DNA of 63,040 nucleotides, the filler included, from Octopus bimaculoides (taxonomy: Eukaryota), in the NCBI RefSeq assembly GCF_001194135.2. It is 6 parts of 5 records of this genome, joined end to end, with 100 filler letters (N's around TTAATTAATTAA, not from the genome) between each part and the next. Parts side by side here need not be neighbours in the genome. Positions count along the whole stretch, not along the records: positions 19,361 to 27,840 come from NC_068995.1; positions 27,941 to 44,322 come from NC_068987.1; 4 more parts are not named here. One strand, 5' to 3'. Numbering within the stretch: the stretch's first letter is position 1; each line of letters opens with the position of its first letter. The position numbers were made by a program, and so were the translations under genes. This document shows positions 22,583-35,427 of this stretch, piece by piece. Under the pieces are notes generated by a model, which saw only the letters and a program-made list of their open reading frames with translations, made no database searches and had not been told where the DNA came from.

Positions 22583-23496
22583 ACACCCACCCACATATAT
22601 CATTGCAACAATTGTTTTCTCATCCACTTTTCCATGCAGGCATGAGCTGGACAGGTCTTTTTGAGGCATTGTTTATAAATCGGATTTCCTTATATACATT
22701 TATACATACTTATATCCATATAATATTCTTTGCCTTTCACACAAAACACACACACACAATAACATAGTCCCTACCAAAAATTACTTTATATGATTTTTGT
22801 CACTACACAGTTATTCTGAATGCTTCCATTTCAGCCACTGCTACCGTATTTTTACTGTGTTTCATCTTGTCTGTCTGTTAGTCTGTCAATCTACTTATTG
22901 CACACTAGTAATACACATCACAAATGATGGGGTTTATTTCTGTATCCTTTCAATAATTCATAATATTTCTACTTCAACCGTTGCACCATTTTCTTCCCGA
23001 GTTTTATTACATCTTCTTTCAGTTATTTTTCTCCTTTTTGCATTCAGCATTGCTTCTGTTTTTATTTTTTTGTGCCTGTCATTGTTTTGCAGCACTTATT
23101 CCTTCCCATCCACAATGAGCATTGAATTCTTTTTGTGATAATCTTCATCTTTTTTGCAGTTTAAAGTAAAGTAGTTCCTTTGTAACTAAGAATATCTTAC
23201 CCATATCACTTTCTTTATATTCTTTCATGCTCATTCCCTTGGTCTACTTCATAGTCTCCTTCATTATTCTCACTAACTCAACCACATACTTTATTATTTC
23301 TTCTCTTCCACTTTATGTTTGTGTGTGTGTGTGTGTGTGAATAGTTACACCACTCGTAGACGGGTTAATTTCTAAGAAATTAAACTCATTAGATTTCAAC
23401 TGGACTATTTACTATTGCTACCGGAAGCTGGTATGCCAATCGTTGCAAATTCGATCAGTCATAAGTCAGATAGGTCATAAGTTGACAATAACCTGT

Positions 23497-24030
23497 ATCA
23501 TCATCATCATCATCGTTGTCGTTTAATGTCTGCTTTCCATGCTAGCATGGGTTGGATGGTTTGACTGAGGACTGGTGAGCCAGAAGCTGCACCAGGCTCA
23601 ATCTGATTTGGCAAAGTTTCTACAACTGGATGCCCTTCTTAACGCCAACCACTCCGAGAGTGTGGTGGGTGCTTTTATGTATCGTTAGCATGAGGGCCAG
23701 TCGGGCGGTTCTGGCAATGGCCACGCTCAAAAGGTGTTTTTTACGTACTACCTGTATGGGAGCCAGTCCAGTGGCACTGGCAATGAGCACACTCGAATGC
23801 TATTTTTCACGTACCACCAGCACGTGCTGGTAAGGTGACGCTGGCAAGGACCGTGCTCAAATGGTGCTTTTCACATGCCACCGGCACGGGAGCCAATCCA
23901 TGGTCCTGGCAACGATCATGCTCAGATGTGCTTTTAACGTTCCACTGGCACAAGTGCCAATCAGGCGGCACTGCCATCGGCCAAGTCAGCGATTTTGGTT
24001 TGCTTTCACTTGTCTCAATAGGTCATCGCA

Positions 24031-24032
<2 letters not shown>
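23497..24032 (-). mobile_element. RTE 3' UTR, long form with tandem modules
   Basis: Reverse-complement counterpart of ~4090-4610; (CAT)n at the left end. Confidence 0.88.
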
Positions 24033-24086
<54 letters not shown>

Positions 24087-24318
24087 ATTGGTGGTGGTGG
24101 TGGCCAGATATGGACAAGATATACTGAGCTAGAATTTGACAGTCCATTTATTAACTCATTAGGCACCAGTTATTTTCTGATTTCTGGTTCTGCAAAAATC
24201 AAGTAAACTCTCTCTCTCTATATATGTGTGAGTATAATATTTGTTTCAACCATACATGTTCCATGCACTTGTTGCACACACATACATAGACATATTATAG
24301 GTTTACTATATACGTACA

Positions 24319-24412
<94 letters not shown>

Positions 24413-24559
24413 TGTGTGTCATGTGTACATCATGCAGGCTCCTGTTGCAGCTGAAATACCATTTGAACATTTAACCTACTGTGAAAGCATTCCAATAACC
24501 TATATTGCTGGTACAGTGAGGTAGACACTCACATCATTACAATCTATAAAACACATACA

Positions 24560-25290
24560 GACATGTTTGTGCGTGCAAACACACTCATGCACACACATAC
24601 ACACACACACCTCTCTATCACATTTCTTTGTCTTCTTGCACTCTCTCTCTGTCTAATTATCCCTTTCTCTCTCTCTCTCTCTATCAAATTATCTCTCTGT
24701 TGCATTCACTCTCTTTCTCTCCTTCTGCCTCACTGTCTCTGTCTATCTCTGTCTGCCTGCCTACCTGTCTGTCTGTCTGTTTCTCTATCTGTCTCTCTAT
24801 TATGTTTTCTCTCTATCATATTCCTTCCGTCTTGTTTTTTTCTCTCACTCTCTCTGTCTGTCTACCTGCCTCTTTCTCTCTATGTCTCTCTCTATCTCAC
24901 TCTTTCTCCCTATTATGTCTGTTCTCTCTCTTTATCATATTTCTTATGCCTCTCTCTTTCTCTGTCTCTCCATCAAATTCCTTCTCTCATTATCTTGCTC
25001 AAATTCTCTCTATCACACTATTCCTCTTTCTTTCACATTTCTTTCTCTCTCCATCAAATTCCTTTTACTTCATTTTCACTCTCTTTCCTCTACTTGTCCT
25101 CTCCCCCCTCAATCCCTCCACTTTCACTTTCATTTTACTCCTTACCCACCACTCTCTCACAATTCATCTTCTATTTCTTCCTTTCCATTGCATTCTCCTT
25201 GATACTCTCACCACTTCTCTCGCTCTCTCTCTCTCTCATCCTCTTTGCTTTGACTCTTCTTTCTCTCCTTGCTCTCCAATTTCTCTTTAA
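24560..25290. repeat. CT-rich polypyrimidine low-complexity tract
   Basis: Degenerate (CT)n/(CTGT)n over ~730 bp. Confidence 0.9.
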
Positions 25291-27291
25291 CCCTTTTGTT
25301 TCCATATTTTTGCTGCAATTCTTTATTTCAATTTATTTTGAAAATAATTTTGAATTTAGCAAAAATGACTGTCGTTATTAAGCTGGTGTTTGGAACGGGA
25401 ATTAACCTGAGATTTTAATGGAAGATTTTAAATTAAGTGAAGTAGGGGGCTCTGAATAGAAGCAATACACCTTTGATGTCTTTCAACTGCACACCTTGCC
25501 AGAGGTGGTCAGGTGGACAGGCATCACTGGTTCTCATTCAACTCCTAATCTCTCACTTGAAGGCTCCTGGTACCCCATACCCAGGTACCCCACTTCAGCT
25601 GTTGGTGTAAACCACATGAGGTGATGGTGTTAACACTGCACCACTCCGGGTAAGGTTTCCCAGGGAGTCACTGGTTAGAGTGGAGAAACCTGCTTGGGTC
25701 AACAGCCTAGTGTTTGGAACCAAGGCATGTGTCAGAGGCATACAGTTGTGGTTATCAACTGGGAGAGGAATGGCCACTGCCAGGCTAACTTGTCCATGAT
25801 ACCTCCATGGTGATGACAACCAGACTTGAACCCATATCAGATCGGTCATCACTCAGGTTAACATCAATGAATTGACAGGCCTCAATTTTACTGACCCATG
25901 AAGGGCAACAGAATACCTAAAGAAGGGATGAAATCTGGTTACCATGTCATCAACGGATGCCCCCCAACTACTCAGTGAAGGGATAGGAAGAAAGGAAGGA
26001 ATTTTAAAATGGGGCATTTCTATCTAAGGACCAAGCGCAATCTGAGGCAGGTTGGTATTTAAGGGGTTAATTTACTCCTGTTTCTGTGACATTTCTGCAT
26101 TTCTCACCTTCTTATTACATTGACCCCCTACCCCTTCTCTTACTTGCTCTACAGTTTTTTGATTATTTTGTAGGCATTGCTGTGTGGATAAGAAGCTCAC
26201 TTTGCTATCACATGGTTCCTGGTTCAATCTCACTGCATAGCACCTTGGGCAAGTGTCTTTTACTTTGTGGTATATGAAAACTGTGTAGAAGCCCATCTCT
26301 GAAATATATTATCCCATAATCTGCATTATCACGGTTGACTTGGGGTCTGAAATAATACATATATCTGTCTGCCTGCCTGCCTGCCCCTTGTCTATCCATT
26401 TGTCTATTTATCTCTCTTTCTTTCTCTCTCCCTCTCTCTCTGTTTATCTACCAATATACCTGTCTGTTTATCAATCTATTTATCTGTCTATCTGCCTGTC
26501 AATCTTTTTGTCTGTTCGTCTGTCTGTATGCACACAATATGTAGTTTCGCTGAAGCATTGTGAAATACAGAAATACAGTTTCACAAAGCCACTACAATGC
26601 AAATATAGAAACAAAGAAGAGCAAACAAAAGGAAACTGAAGAGAAAATATGAACAATGCTTGTTCATATTTTTACTCTGTAATTCAATATTTCAGATTTA
26701 AAAAACAAACAAATCTATATTAAGACAATGCAAGACAAGCTTAATACATATATTATTGTATGTGTACAAGGGTATTACAGGAGTGTACATATGAATATGC
26801 ATACATACATATATATATATAAATAGATAGATAGATAGATGGATAGATGGACAGACAGACAGATAGATAGATAGATAGATAGATAAGTTTCTTTATAAGC
26901 CAGACAGGGCCAAACATAGAGGGGACAAAATACAATGTAGAGCTTTTCTTCTTAAAAAAAAAAATAGATAGATAGATAGATAGAAAGATATTGAGATAAG
27001 TGTTCAAATGGAAATAAAAAGTAGAGAAAGAGAGCAATGTGTCGTGGAATTTAAATATCTGTATTAATAGTTTGAATCAGATATGCATTATTTAAAGTTT
27101 TACATATGGTTAACAGAAAAGAGGGGAAAAAAAATTCTGATTGCTCAGATGCTTAATTCTGAGTCATAATTAAATGTCCAAACAATCAGAGATTTTTTTA
27201 TTTATGATTTTGTTGTTGTGTCTGTTTATTTTGTATTCGGTTTCCAGTATTGCATTTGTGAATCAACTTGCTACTAGTTATACACAGAAAC

Positions 27292-27325
<34 letters not shown>

Positions 27326-27372
27326 GTAATATATGTGACAACTATATTACATATATATTCATATATGACAAC

Positions 27373-27410
<38 letters not shown>

Positions 27411-27415
27411 GTATG

Positions 27416-27467
<52 letters not shown>

Positions 27468-27763
27468 TGAAGGCAAGTAATTACATGATTGCTTGTGAGA
27501 ATACGAGTGCTTCTTCTGCCTGCCAGCCATGCATGTTCATTATGATACCAGATTTAGCCTTTCCCTCAGTTCATACATCTTCATATGTTTAATGTTGTTT
27601 GTATATGAAATATCATAATCATTGCTATTAATCTATTACACACACACACACATTTACCTATGTGTGTGTGTGTATCTGTCTTTCTATCTATCTATAATTA
27701 TATATATATGTATATGTGTGTGTATATATATGTGTATATATATATATATATATACAGATAAAC

Positions 27764-27797
<34 letters not shown>

Positions 27798-27804
27798 CAG
27801 ATAT

Positions 27805-27840
<36 letters not shown>

Positions 27841-28231
27841 NNNNNNNNNNNNNNNNNNNNNNNNNNNNNNNNNNNNNNNNNNNNTTAATTAATTAANNNN
27901 NNNNNNNNNNNNNNNNNNNNNNNNNNNNNNNNNNNNNNNNAGAGAGAGAGTGGTAGAGGGAGAAACAAAGGGAGCAAGTAGAAGAATAGGTGAGCAACGA
28001 GAGGAAAAGAGAAAGAGAGGAAGTACGAGGGGGAAAAAAGAGATACGTAGTAGTAAAAGAGGAAGAACGAGAGGGGTAAAGCGAGACGTACAGGTATGTG
28101 CATACCGACATCCACCTGTATGTATAGGTGCATATCTGGGTACAGGACATTGCAAACAAAACGTAGACGAGAAAACACACAAGCCACATAGAGAACATTC
28201 TACTTCATCAGCTACCCCCGTTTATACATGT

Positions 28232-28739
28232 AAATCAGAGCAATTCCTCCAAAAACCACATTAAAACTTACGATAAAGATGCACACGAGCAATGCAATGA
28301 ACATGAGAAATAGGCTTACCTTTGCGTTGAATGCATCAGTAAGTAAAGTATACTTCAATACCAATTGATTTCACGCTTTGCATGACAAACTTATTCTGCG
28401 ATCTTCAATTGGAAATAACATTTTAACATCTATTTCTGAAATATTCACGACGTTAGCGCGTGAGCGTTCTTTTAAACGGAACGGGACGTTTAAAGTAAGG
28501 AATGCACACGAGCTAACGTAGTGAATATTTTAGAAATAGATGTTAAAATGTTATTTTCATCTGATGATCGCAGAGTATGTTTGTCACGCAAAGCATGAAA
28601 TTAATTGGTATTGAAATGAACATTACTTACTGATGTATTCAATGCAAAAGTAAGCCTATTTCTCACATGTTCATTGCATTGCTCGTGTGCATCCTTATCG
28701 TAACCTTTATAGTGGTTTTCGTAGCAATGGCTCTGATTT
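28232..28739. mobile_element. ~510-bp foldback (palindromic) element
   Basis: Arms of ~245 bp are reverse-complementary throughout; the centre is TTTAAACG-GAACGGGA-CGTTTAAA. Confidence 0.9.
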
Positions 28740-29733
28740 TAGCAAGTGGTATTATATACCCTACTGAATCTTAATTTAATTTATATTGGGCCTTCAAAGG
28801 TGTGAACTTGCTAGCCACCTTCTCATTACTATAAATAACGGTAATAATACTTCTTTACACACACACACACACACACATCCATATATATATATANNNNNNN
28901 NNNNNNNNNNNNNNNNNNNNNNNNNNNNNNNNNNNNNNNNNNNNNNNNNNNNNNNNNNNNNNNNNNNNNNNNNNNNNNNNNNNNNNNNNNNNNNNNNNNN
29001 NNNNNNNNNNNNNNNNNNNNNNNNNNNNNNNNNNNNNNNNNNNNNNNNNNNNNNNNNNNNNNNNNNNNNNNNNNNNNNNNNNNNNNNNNNNNNNNNNNNN
29101 NNNNNNNNNNNNNNNNNNNNNNNNNNNNNNNNNNNNNNNNNNNNNNNNNNNNNNNNNNNNNNNNNNNNNNNNNNNNNNNNNNNNNNNNNNNNNNNNNNNN
29201 NNNNNNNNNNNNNNNNNNNNNNNNNNNNNNNNNNNNNNNNNNNNNNNNNNNNNNNNNNNNNNNNNNNNNNNNNNNNNNNNNNNNNNNNNNNNNNNNNNNN
29301 NNNNNNNNNNNNNNNNNNNNNNNNNNNNNNNNNNNNNNNNNNNNNNNNNNNNNNNNNNNNNNNNNNNNNNNNNNNNNNNNNNNNNNNNNNNNNNNNNNNN
29401 NNNNNNNNNNNNNNNNNNNNNNNNNNNNNNNNNNNNNNNNNNNNNNNNNNNNNNNNNNNNNNNNNNNNNNNNNNNNNNNNNNNNNNNNNNNNNNNNNNNN
29501 NNNNNNNNNNNNNNNNNNNNNNNNNNNNNNNNNNNNNNNNNNNNNNNNNNNNNNNNNNNNNNNNNNNNNNNNNNNNNNNNNNNNNNNNNNNNNNNNNNNN
29601 NNNNNNNNNNNNNNNNNNNNNNNNNNNNNNNNNNNNNNNNNNNNNNNNNNNNNNNNNNNNNNNNNNNNNNNNNNNNNNNNNNATATACATGCACACTCAC
29701 ACATATATATATATATGTGTGTGTGTGTATGTG

Positions 29734-30030
29734 AGTATAGGAGCACTCCGTCGGTTACGACGACGAGGATCAGCTTATACGATCAACGGAACAGCTTGTT
29801 CGTGAAATTAACGCGCAAGTGGCTGAGCACTCCACAGACAAGTGTAACCTTAACGTAATTCTCAAGGAGTGTGACAAGGCTGGCCCTTTGAAATACAAGT
29901 ACAACTTATTTTTGCCAGCTGAGCGGACTGGAGCAACGGGAAATAAAGTGTCTTTCTGAAGGACACAACGCGTCGCCGGGAATTGAACTCATGACCTTAC
30001 GGTCATGAGCGGAATGCCCTAACCACTGCC
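29734..30030 (-). mobile_element. SINE with a family-C tRNA head and core but a different 3' body
   Basis: Minus strand GTGGTTAGGGCATTC..GAGTTCAATTCCC..core, then TTGTCACACTCC..GACGGAGTGCTCCTAT. Confidence 0.8.
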
Positions 30031-30044
30031 ACATTTATATAGGG

Positions 30045-31330
30045 GCAGGCGCAGGAGTGGCTGTGTGATAAGAAACTTGCTTTCCAGTCACATGGTTCTG
30101 GGTCAGTCCTAATGCATGGCAACTTGGACAAGTATTTCCTACTATAGCCTCGGATATAGACTACTATAGCGCGTATATGCGTATGCTTGTGTCATAGTTT
30201 ATAGCAGCAGTGTGGCCTGCTGCTGTCCTAAGACCTGAGAAGAAAATAGGGAAGGTACAGTTCCTGTATTCTTCTGTGTATATGTGTTCGTCTACGGTGT
30301 TGCCATCGTGGTAGTTGTTGCTGTTATTATTGCCATCGTCGGTACCGCGCGAACCCATACACACGCTCAAACACACGCACATGAAACCTCATGGACGGTC
30401 GTATGCTGTCAACAGCACAACTAACACAGTCAGCAGCAGCGGTGACGACGATGGCTATAACAAATAAGGGAACTTTATTTGATCCAAATACCACTAAGGA
30501 AATTTTACTGAGAGCGTCACCAAACGTTTGCACTTGATAGCCTTTTTCTTCGAGAATCCATCCGCTTCTACTCTTGCAGGTAGTTTCGGCTTTAAATTTC
30601 GAAAATGCCTTCCTTGGGTAAAGGACATTGGCCGTTTCGAGGCAGACTTATAGAACAATGTAAAGAAGATAAATGATGGCGGGTGGGGGGGGGACAAACA
30701 CAGACACAAAGAAACACTCTTACACACACACACACACACATACACACACATGGCAGGCTTCTTTCAGTTTCCGTCCACCTAATTCACTCACAAGAATTAG
30801 GTGTGTTCGATGTTATAGTAGAAGACATTGGAACCATGTGGTTGGGAAGCGAACTTCTTACCACATAGCCACGCCTATACATATATGTTTATACAATGTA
30901 TACATACGTGCCTGTTTACATAATACACATAGATATATTCTTTCTTTTTATTCTTTTCCTTGTTTAAGTCATTTGACTCCAACATTGACATGTTGGAGCA
31001 CTGCCTTCGGTCGAACAAATCAACCCCAGAACTTATTCTTTGTAAGCCTAGTACTTACTCTATCGGTCACTTTTGCCGACCGCTAAGTTACGGGACGTAT
31101 ACACGCTAATATCGGTTGTCAAGCGATGGAAGTGGGGGGGAACATAGACTCACACACAAATATATATACGACAGGCTTCTTTCAGTTTCCACCTACCAAA
31201 TCCATTCACAAGGCTTTGGTCGGCCCAAAGCTATAGTAGATGACACTTGACCAAGGTGCCTCGCAGTGGGACTCAACCTGGAACTATGTGGTTGAGAAGC
31301 AAGCTTTTTACCACACAGCCACACCTGCGC
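30045..31330. mobile_element. SINE A cluster: head (+, 30045-30165), 5' half (-, 30690-30885) and full copy (-, 30938-31330)
   Basis: Family-A motifs; a unique CpG-containing segment lies at 30170-30680. Confidence 0.8.
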
Positions 31331-31339
31331 TACTATATG

Positions 31340-32007
31340 TACGTGGTCTGATCAATAAGTATCCGGACTACTTCCATAGTAACGAAGCTAAAGCACGCAG
31401 AGTAAAGTCATTTGATACAAATTGACCTTGAACTCTGCTATACATGCGCACTAACTTTTAACGATCTAGCTTGCTTCTGCTGCTTACAGCAGTGCTTAGA
31501 AAGAAAGTGTGTAGCGTGTGATTGTCGCATTGACTATGACAGATAATGTTGAGCAGAGAATCTGCATCAAATCTTGCAAAAAGCTGATGCAGATGGTGAT
31601 TCGACGATTTCCCCTCACAGCTGCACGCACATTTGCGATGTTTTTCCCAGTTCTGTTGGTTGCGTGTTTCCCAGAACATTCATCAATATCGACATTTTTC
31701 GGCCATCTTCGAAACGACTGAAACACTCGTACACTTGTGTGTGGCTCACACACTCCTCTCCATACACTTTCTACAACTTTATGTAGGCCTCTGAACAGGT
31801 ATCGCCATGACAGCTTCCTCTGTCATGGTCAATGCGACGATCACACGCTACACACCTTCCTAACAAGCACTGCTGTAAACAGCGGAAGTGAGCTAGAACG
31901 TTAAAACTTAGTGCGCATGTACAGCAGTGTTGAAGGTCATTTTTTTGCCATACGGCTTCACTCTGAGCGAGTGAAGCTTTGTCTGGATACTTACTGATCA
32001 GACCTTA
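31340..32007. mobile_element. Non-autonomous mariner derivative made of two inverted 5' ends
   Basis: TIR GGTCTGATCAATAAGTATCCGGAC at both ends with ~190-bp inverted arms. Transposase start MTDNVEQRICIK on plus, and HTH remnant VYGEECVSHTQVYE.F.RFEDGR..RITI on minus. Confidence 0.88.
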
Positions 32008-32940
32008 TGTTGATTAAAGCAGAAACGAAAAAGTCGACGTTTTGGCAAGACTTGACAAGGACATTCAATTTTAAGGTATATAATAAGAAAGTCTACATAG
32101 TTTCAAACAGCTGTATCCAGAATATCCTAGCTATTGGAACATCACGTCGTGCGAGGATTCCAGAGACCGAGCATTCTGTTATTGGAGAGAGATAGATTAA
32201 GCATATGTAACAGTGGAAGGATATTCCTTATCAATGATAATTATTGTGGTTCATTTTGTCTAGAAAGGGAGGAGAAATCTACTTAAGATAAGTATTCAAT
32301 CCATGAACAAATGAAGAAAATCGGATATGTCTAAGAGTAGAATTACAACAGAGAGAATAGTTTGATAGTAATCCATGACGTGCAAAGATGGATGTTATAC
32401 AGTTCAACATCCATTTTCCATCACCATGGATTATATTCAATCATGTCTTCAAGTGAACATCTTTGGGACATATGGTAAAGTTGTTTTGCAACAGTGAAAC
32501 TCATCTGTAGTCAACAAATAACTAGGTACATTTAGAGTGTCAAACCAAGTAGTGCTTTAGCCCTGCAGCCTGGGGACCAGTTAGTGTAAAGTAGGATAGT
32601 GTGTTAGGATTACTAGCTAGGGATTAATTGGCTGTGATAAACCAGACTGTGTATTAACCCTACCAACCAAGGACAAGGAGGTGATGTGTTAGCCCTACAA
32701 TCCAAAAGCAGATGGTGTGTTAGCCCTTCCACCAAAGACCAAATGATGATATTAAAGCATGTAGTGCGTTAGCACCATCAATTCGTTTGACATTCCATCC
32801 TTACTTGGCTCTTTGGTAGCTATAATAGAACTTACACTGTTGTAAACATTCAAGTTTGTTCTCTGTGCTATATTTATGAACATATTGGCTTCTAGATATT
32901 AAGACTAAATTCAAAGAAAAATGGTTCAGTTCAACTAGTG

Positions 32941-33075
32941 TACGAGGGGTTGCTGTAAAGTTCCTGGCTTTAAGTATATCGCGAAAGGCCTGAATGAAAA
33001 TCCAAACTTCGGAGTCCTTTTACAGGGCTAAGAAAAACTGAAGGACCGCTGCAATAAATGTGTGACCGTTTTGTT
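32941..33075 (+). mobile_element. Mariner MITE fragment
   Basis: TACGAGGGG..AAAGTTCCTGGCTT terminus joined to a remnant of the transposase 3' end. Confidence 0.55.
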
Positions 33076-33234
33076 AAGTGAATCTAAGACTACTTTACTT
33101 AATGTCCTTCCTTTATTTAAAACTACACAGGGTGGCTCGAGAGAAATGTGGTTATTTGTAGCAGATCGAGCACACCTGTACAGTCACTCGTTGCTCATTC
33201 TGAGTGTTGATCCTGAATTCAGGGGCAACAACAA

Positions 33235-33853
33235 CAATCTTCACACTGACACAGTCACCGACCTTCACATCAGTGTAGACGATGATCTTGACTTTGACAC
33301 AGAGACCTTTACATTAATGTAGTCGACAAACTTGACATCGACTCTGTAAATGACTTTAACATTATACAGTTAGCGACCTTCAAGTCATTGTACTTGATGA
33401 TCTTGAGACATTCAGGGATCTCTACATCAGTGTAGAAGATGAACTTGATACAAAGAACGCCACATCAAAATAGTTGTTGACCTTGACATTGATACAGTTA
33501 GCATTGATACATCATTGTGGTCGACGATGCTAACACAGTTAGAGAGACTATCACATCAGGATATTCGATAACCTTGACATGGACTAAGACACCTTAATAT
33601 CAATGAAATTAATGATCTTGACACTGATGCAGTCAGTTACCTTCACACAATGATAGAACAACCTCCACAACACATGGTCGATGATCTGAATATTGACTAA
33701 ATGGTTTTTGCATTGGTTAAATTGATGATCATGAAATTGTTAAAGTGAGTGACTTTCAGGCAAAGTTACCGATGACCGCAATTGATGACCTTGATTTCAG
33801 AAAAACTCCATGTCCTTGACATTAATAAAACTGATGACATCTACAATGTTGTG
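33235..33853. repeat. Degenerate 24/48-bp tandem repeat with Asp-rich coding-like phase
   Basis: About ten occurrences of GATGA(C/T)CTTGAC-like motifs; pieces translate as VDDLDIDTVSDLHIS variants, broken by frameshifts and stops. Confidence 0.75.
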
Positions 33854-34545
33854 ATGAGCAAGAAAAACATAAGTGTGAAATATGGATAGAGAAACCACTG
33901 ACAATGGGTATGGTTGTGATGAAAATGATGATGACGTTTATCGTGATGACGACGACGAAGGAGAGGAAGCGGGGAGCGAAGTAACTATATATACTGTAAA
34001 TCGAGGTTGAGAACAAATGAAGGATTAGAGAGAGAGGTGGGGTTAATATAGAGAGGGGATTAAAGAACTTGACAATTGGAAGATAGAAAAACATAGTGAG
34101 AGAAAGAGGGAAGGAGAAAGGGAAAGAGAGGGTAAAATATGTCACTTATTAGATTAAAGAGCGAAAGAGAGAGGTGGTGGATATAAGCAAAGTGAAGTAA
34201 GCGAAGGATTAAAGAATAGAGATGAGTTAGAGAGAAAGTTAGTATAAGAGAGAGATTTAGAGTGGCGGACAAACGGGGAAGGTTGGAGTGGGACTAGAAA
34301 TAAGTATATGGCGGGAAAATACGAGATCGTGAGAAGACTTAAAGGAAGTGAAGGAGGTGAACGGTGCAGGAGGGGATGGGTCATGAAAAAACGTGATGAA
34401 GGGAAGTGTGTCTAAGAGCTTAGTCACCACAAAACTATGCCCTGCTACAACAATGACAACAACAACAACAACAACAAGCTATAATAATAAGTAACATGAC
34501 TGCGATTTTTATAGGCCAGCAGCTGTCTTGATACATGCAAGGGGA

Positions 34546-34585
<40 letters not shown>

Positions 34586-34588
<3 letters not shown>

Positions 34589-34876
34589 TAGGGGGAAATA
34601 AATATTCGTACATGTTTAAATTCTTTATATATTTAATTTCTAATGAACATAAATGAGATATACCAATACTATATTTGCATACCCAGGCATAAACTAAGAA
34701 TATGCGAAAGAAACTAATTAATTATAGTAACTAATGAATCTTGTGAGTGAATTTGGTGAACGGAAACTGAAAGAAACCTGCCATGTGTAAGTGTTTGTGT
34801 GTGTGTGTGTGTTAGAAATTAAATAAATAAAGAATTTTGACATGTACGAATATCGAATATTTATTTCACCCCACTG
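34586..34876. mobile_element. Tc1-like MITE with an embedded SINE A fragment
   Basis: TA|CAGTAGGGGGAAATAAATATTCGTACATG ... CATGTACGAATAT(CGAATAT)TTATTTCACCCCACTG|TG. Confidence 0.8.
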
Positions 34877-34879
34877 TGT

Positions 34880-34917
<38 letters not shown>

Positions 34918-34958
34918 GTATATATATATACATACATACATTGTCAAAAACACACATG

Positions 34959-35025
<67 letters not shown>

Positions 35026-35305
35026 GTATATAAACATACTTGTATTTATATATACACTACGCACCACGCGAGCACACATATTTATATATATATATGTGTA
35101 TATATACACACATGTATAAATATTATATATATGTGTGAATTTGTGTGTTTGTGTGTGTGTGTACAATATGCATGTATGTTTATGCGTGGGTGTGGCTGTA
35201 TTTATGTGCGTATTAGGACTGAAAGCGATAGTAGAAAATCGTATATACTCGGAGAGAAAGAGGGAGAGAGAAACGGAGATCCGTGTATAGAACATCCGGT
35301 AGGCC

Positions 35306-35427
35306 CAGTGCTGACTTAAAGCAGGAGCACACTATGTACAGGTCTAGGGGCCCAATTGTGATCTCTGTATGCTGGACCCAATGCATCAATTTGCCCGGAG
35401 TCCAATAAGACTCTTAAGACAGCTCTG
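35306..35427. mobile_element. hAT-type MITE (122 bp)
   Basis: TIRs CAGTGCTGACTTAA / TTAAGACAGCTCTG; perfect 8-bp TSD GGTAGGCC. Confidence 0.88.

Noticed and set aside
23363-23383. Short palindrome TTAATTTCT-A-AGAAATTAA
   Set aside because: It is AT-only and short, so it is expected by chance.
24563-25381. 272-aa Leu/Ser-rich ORF resembling a membrane protein
   Set aside because: It is a product of a CT-rich tract, and all three frames are similarly open.
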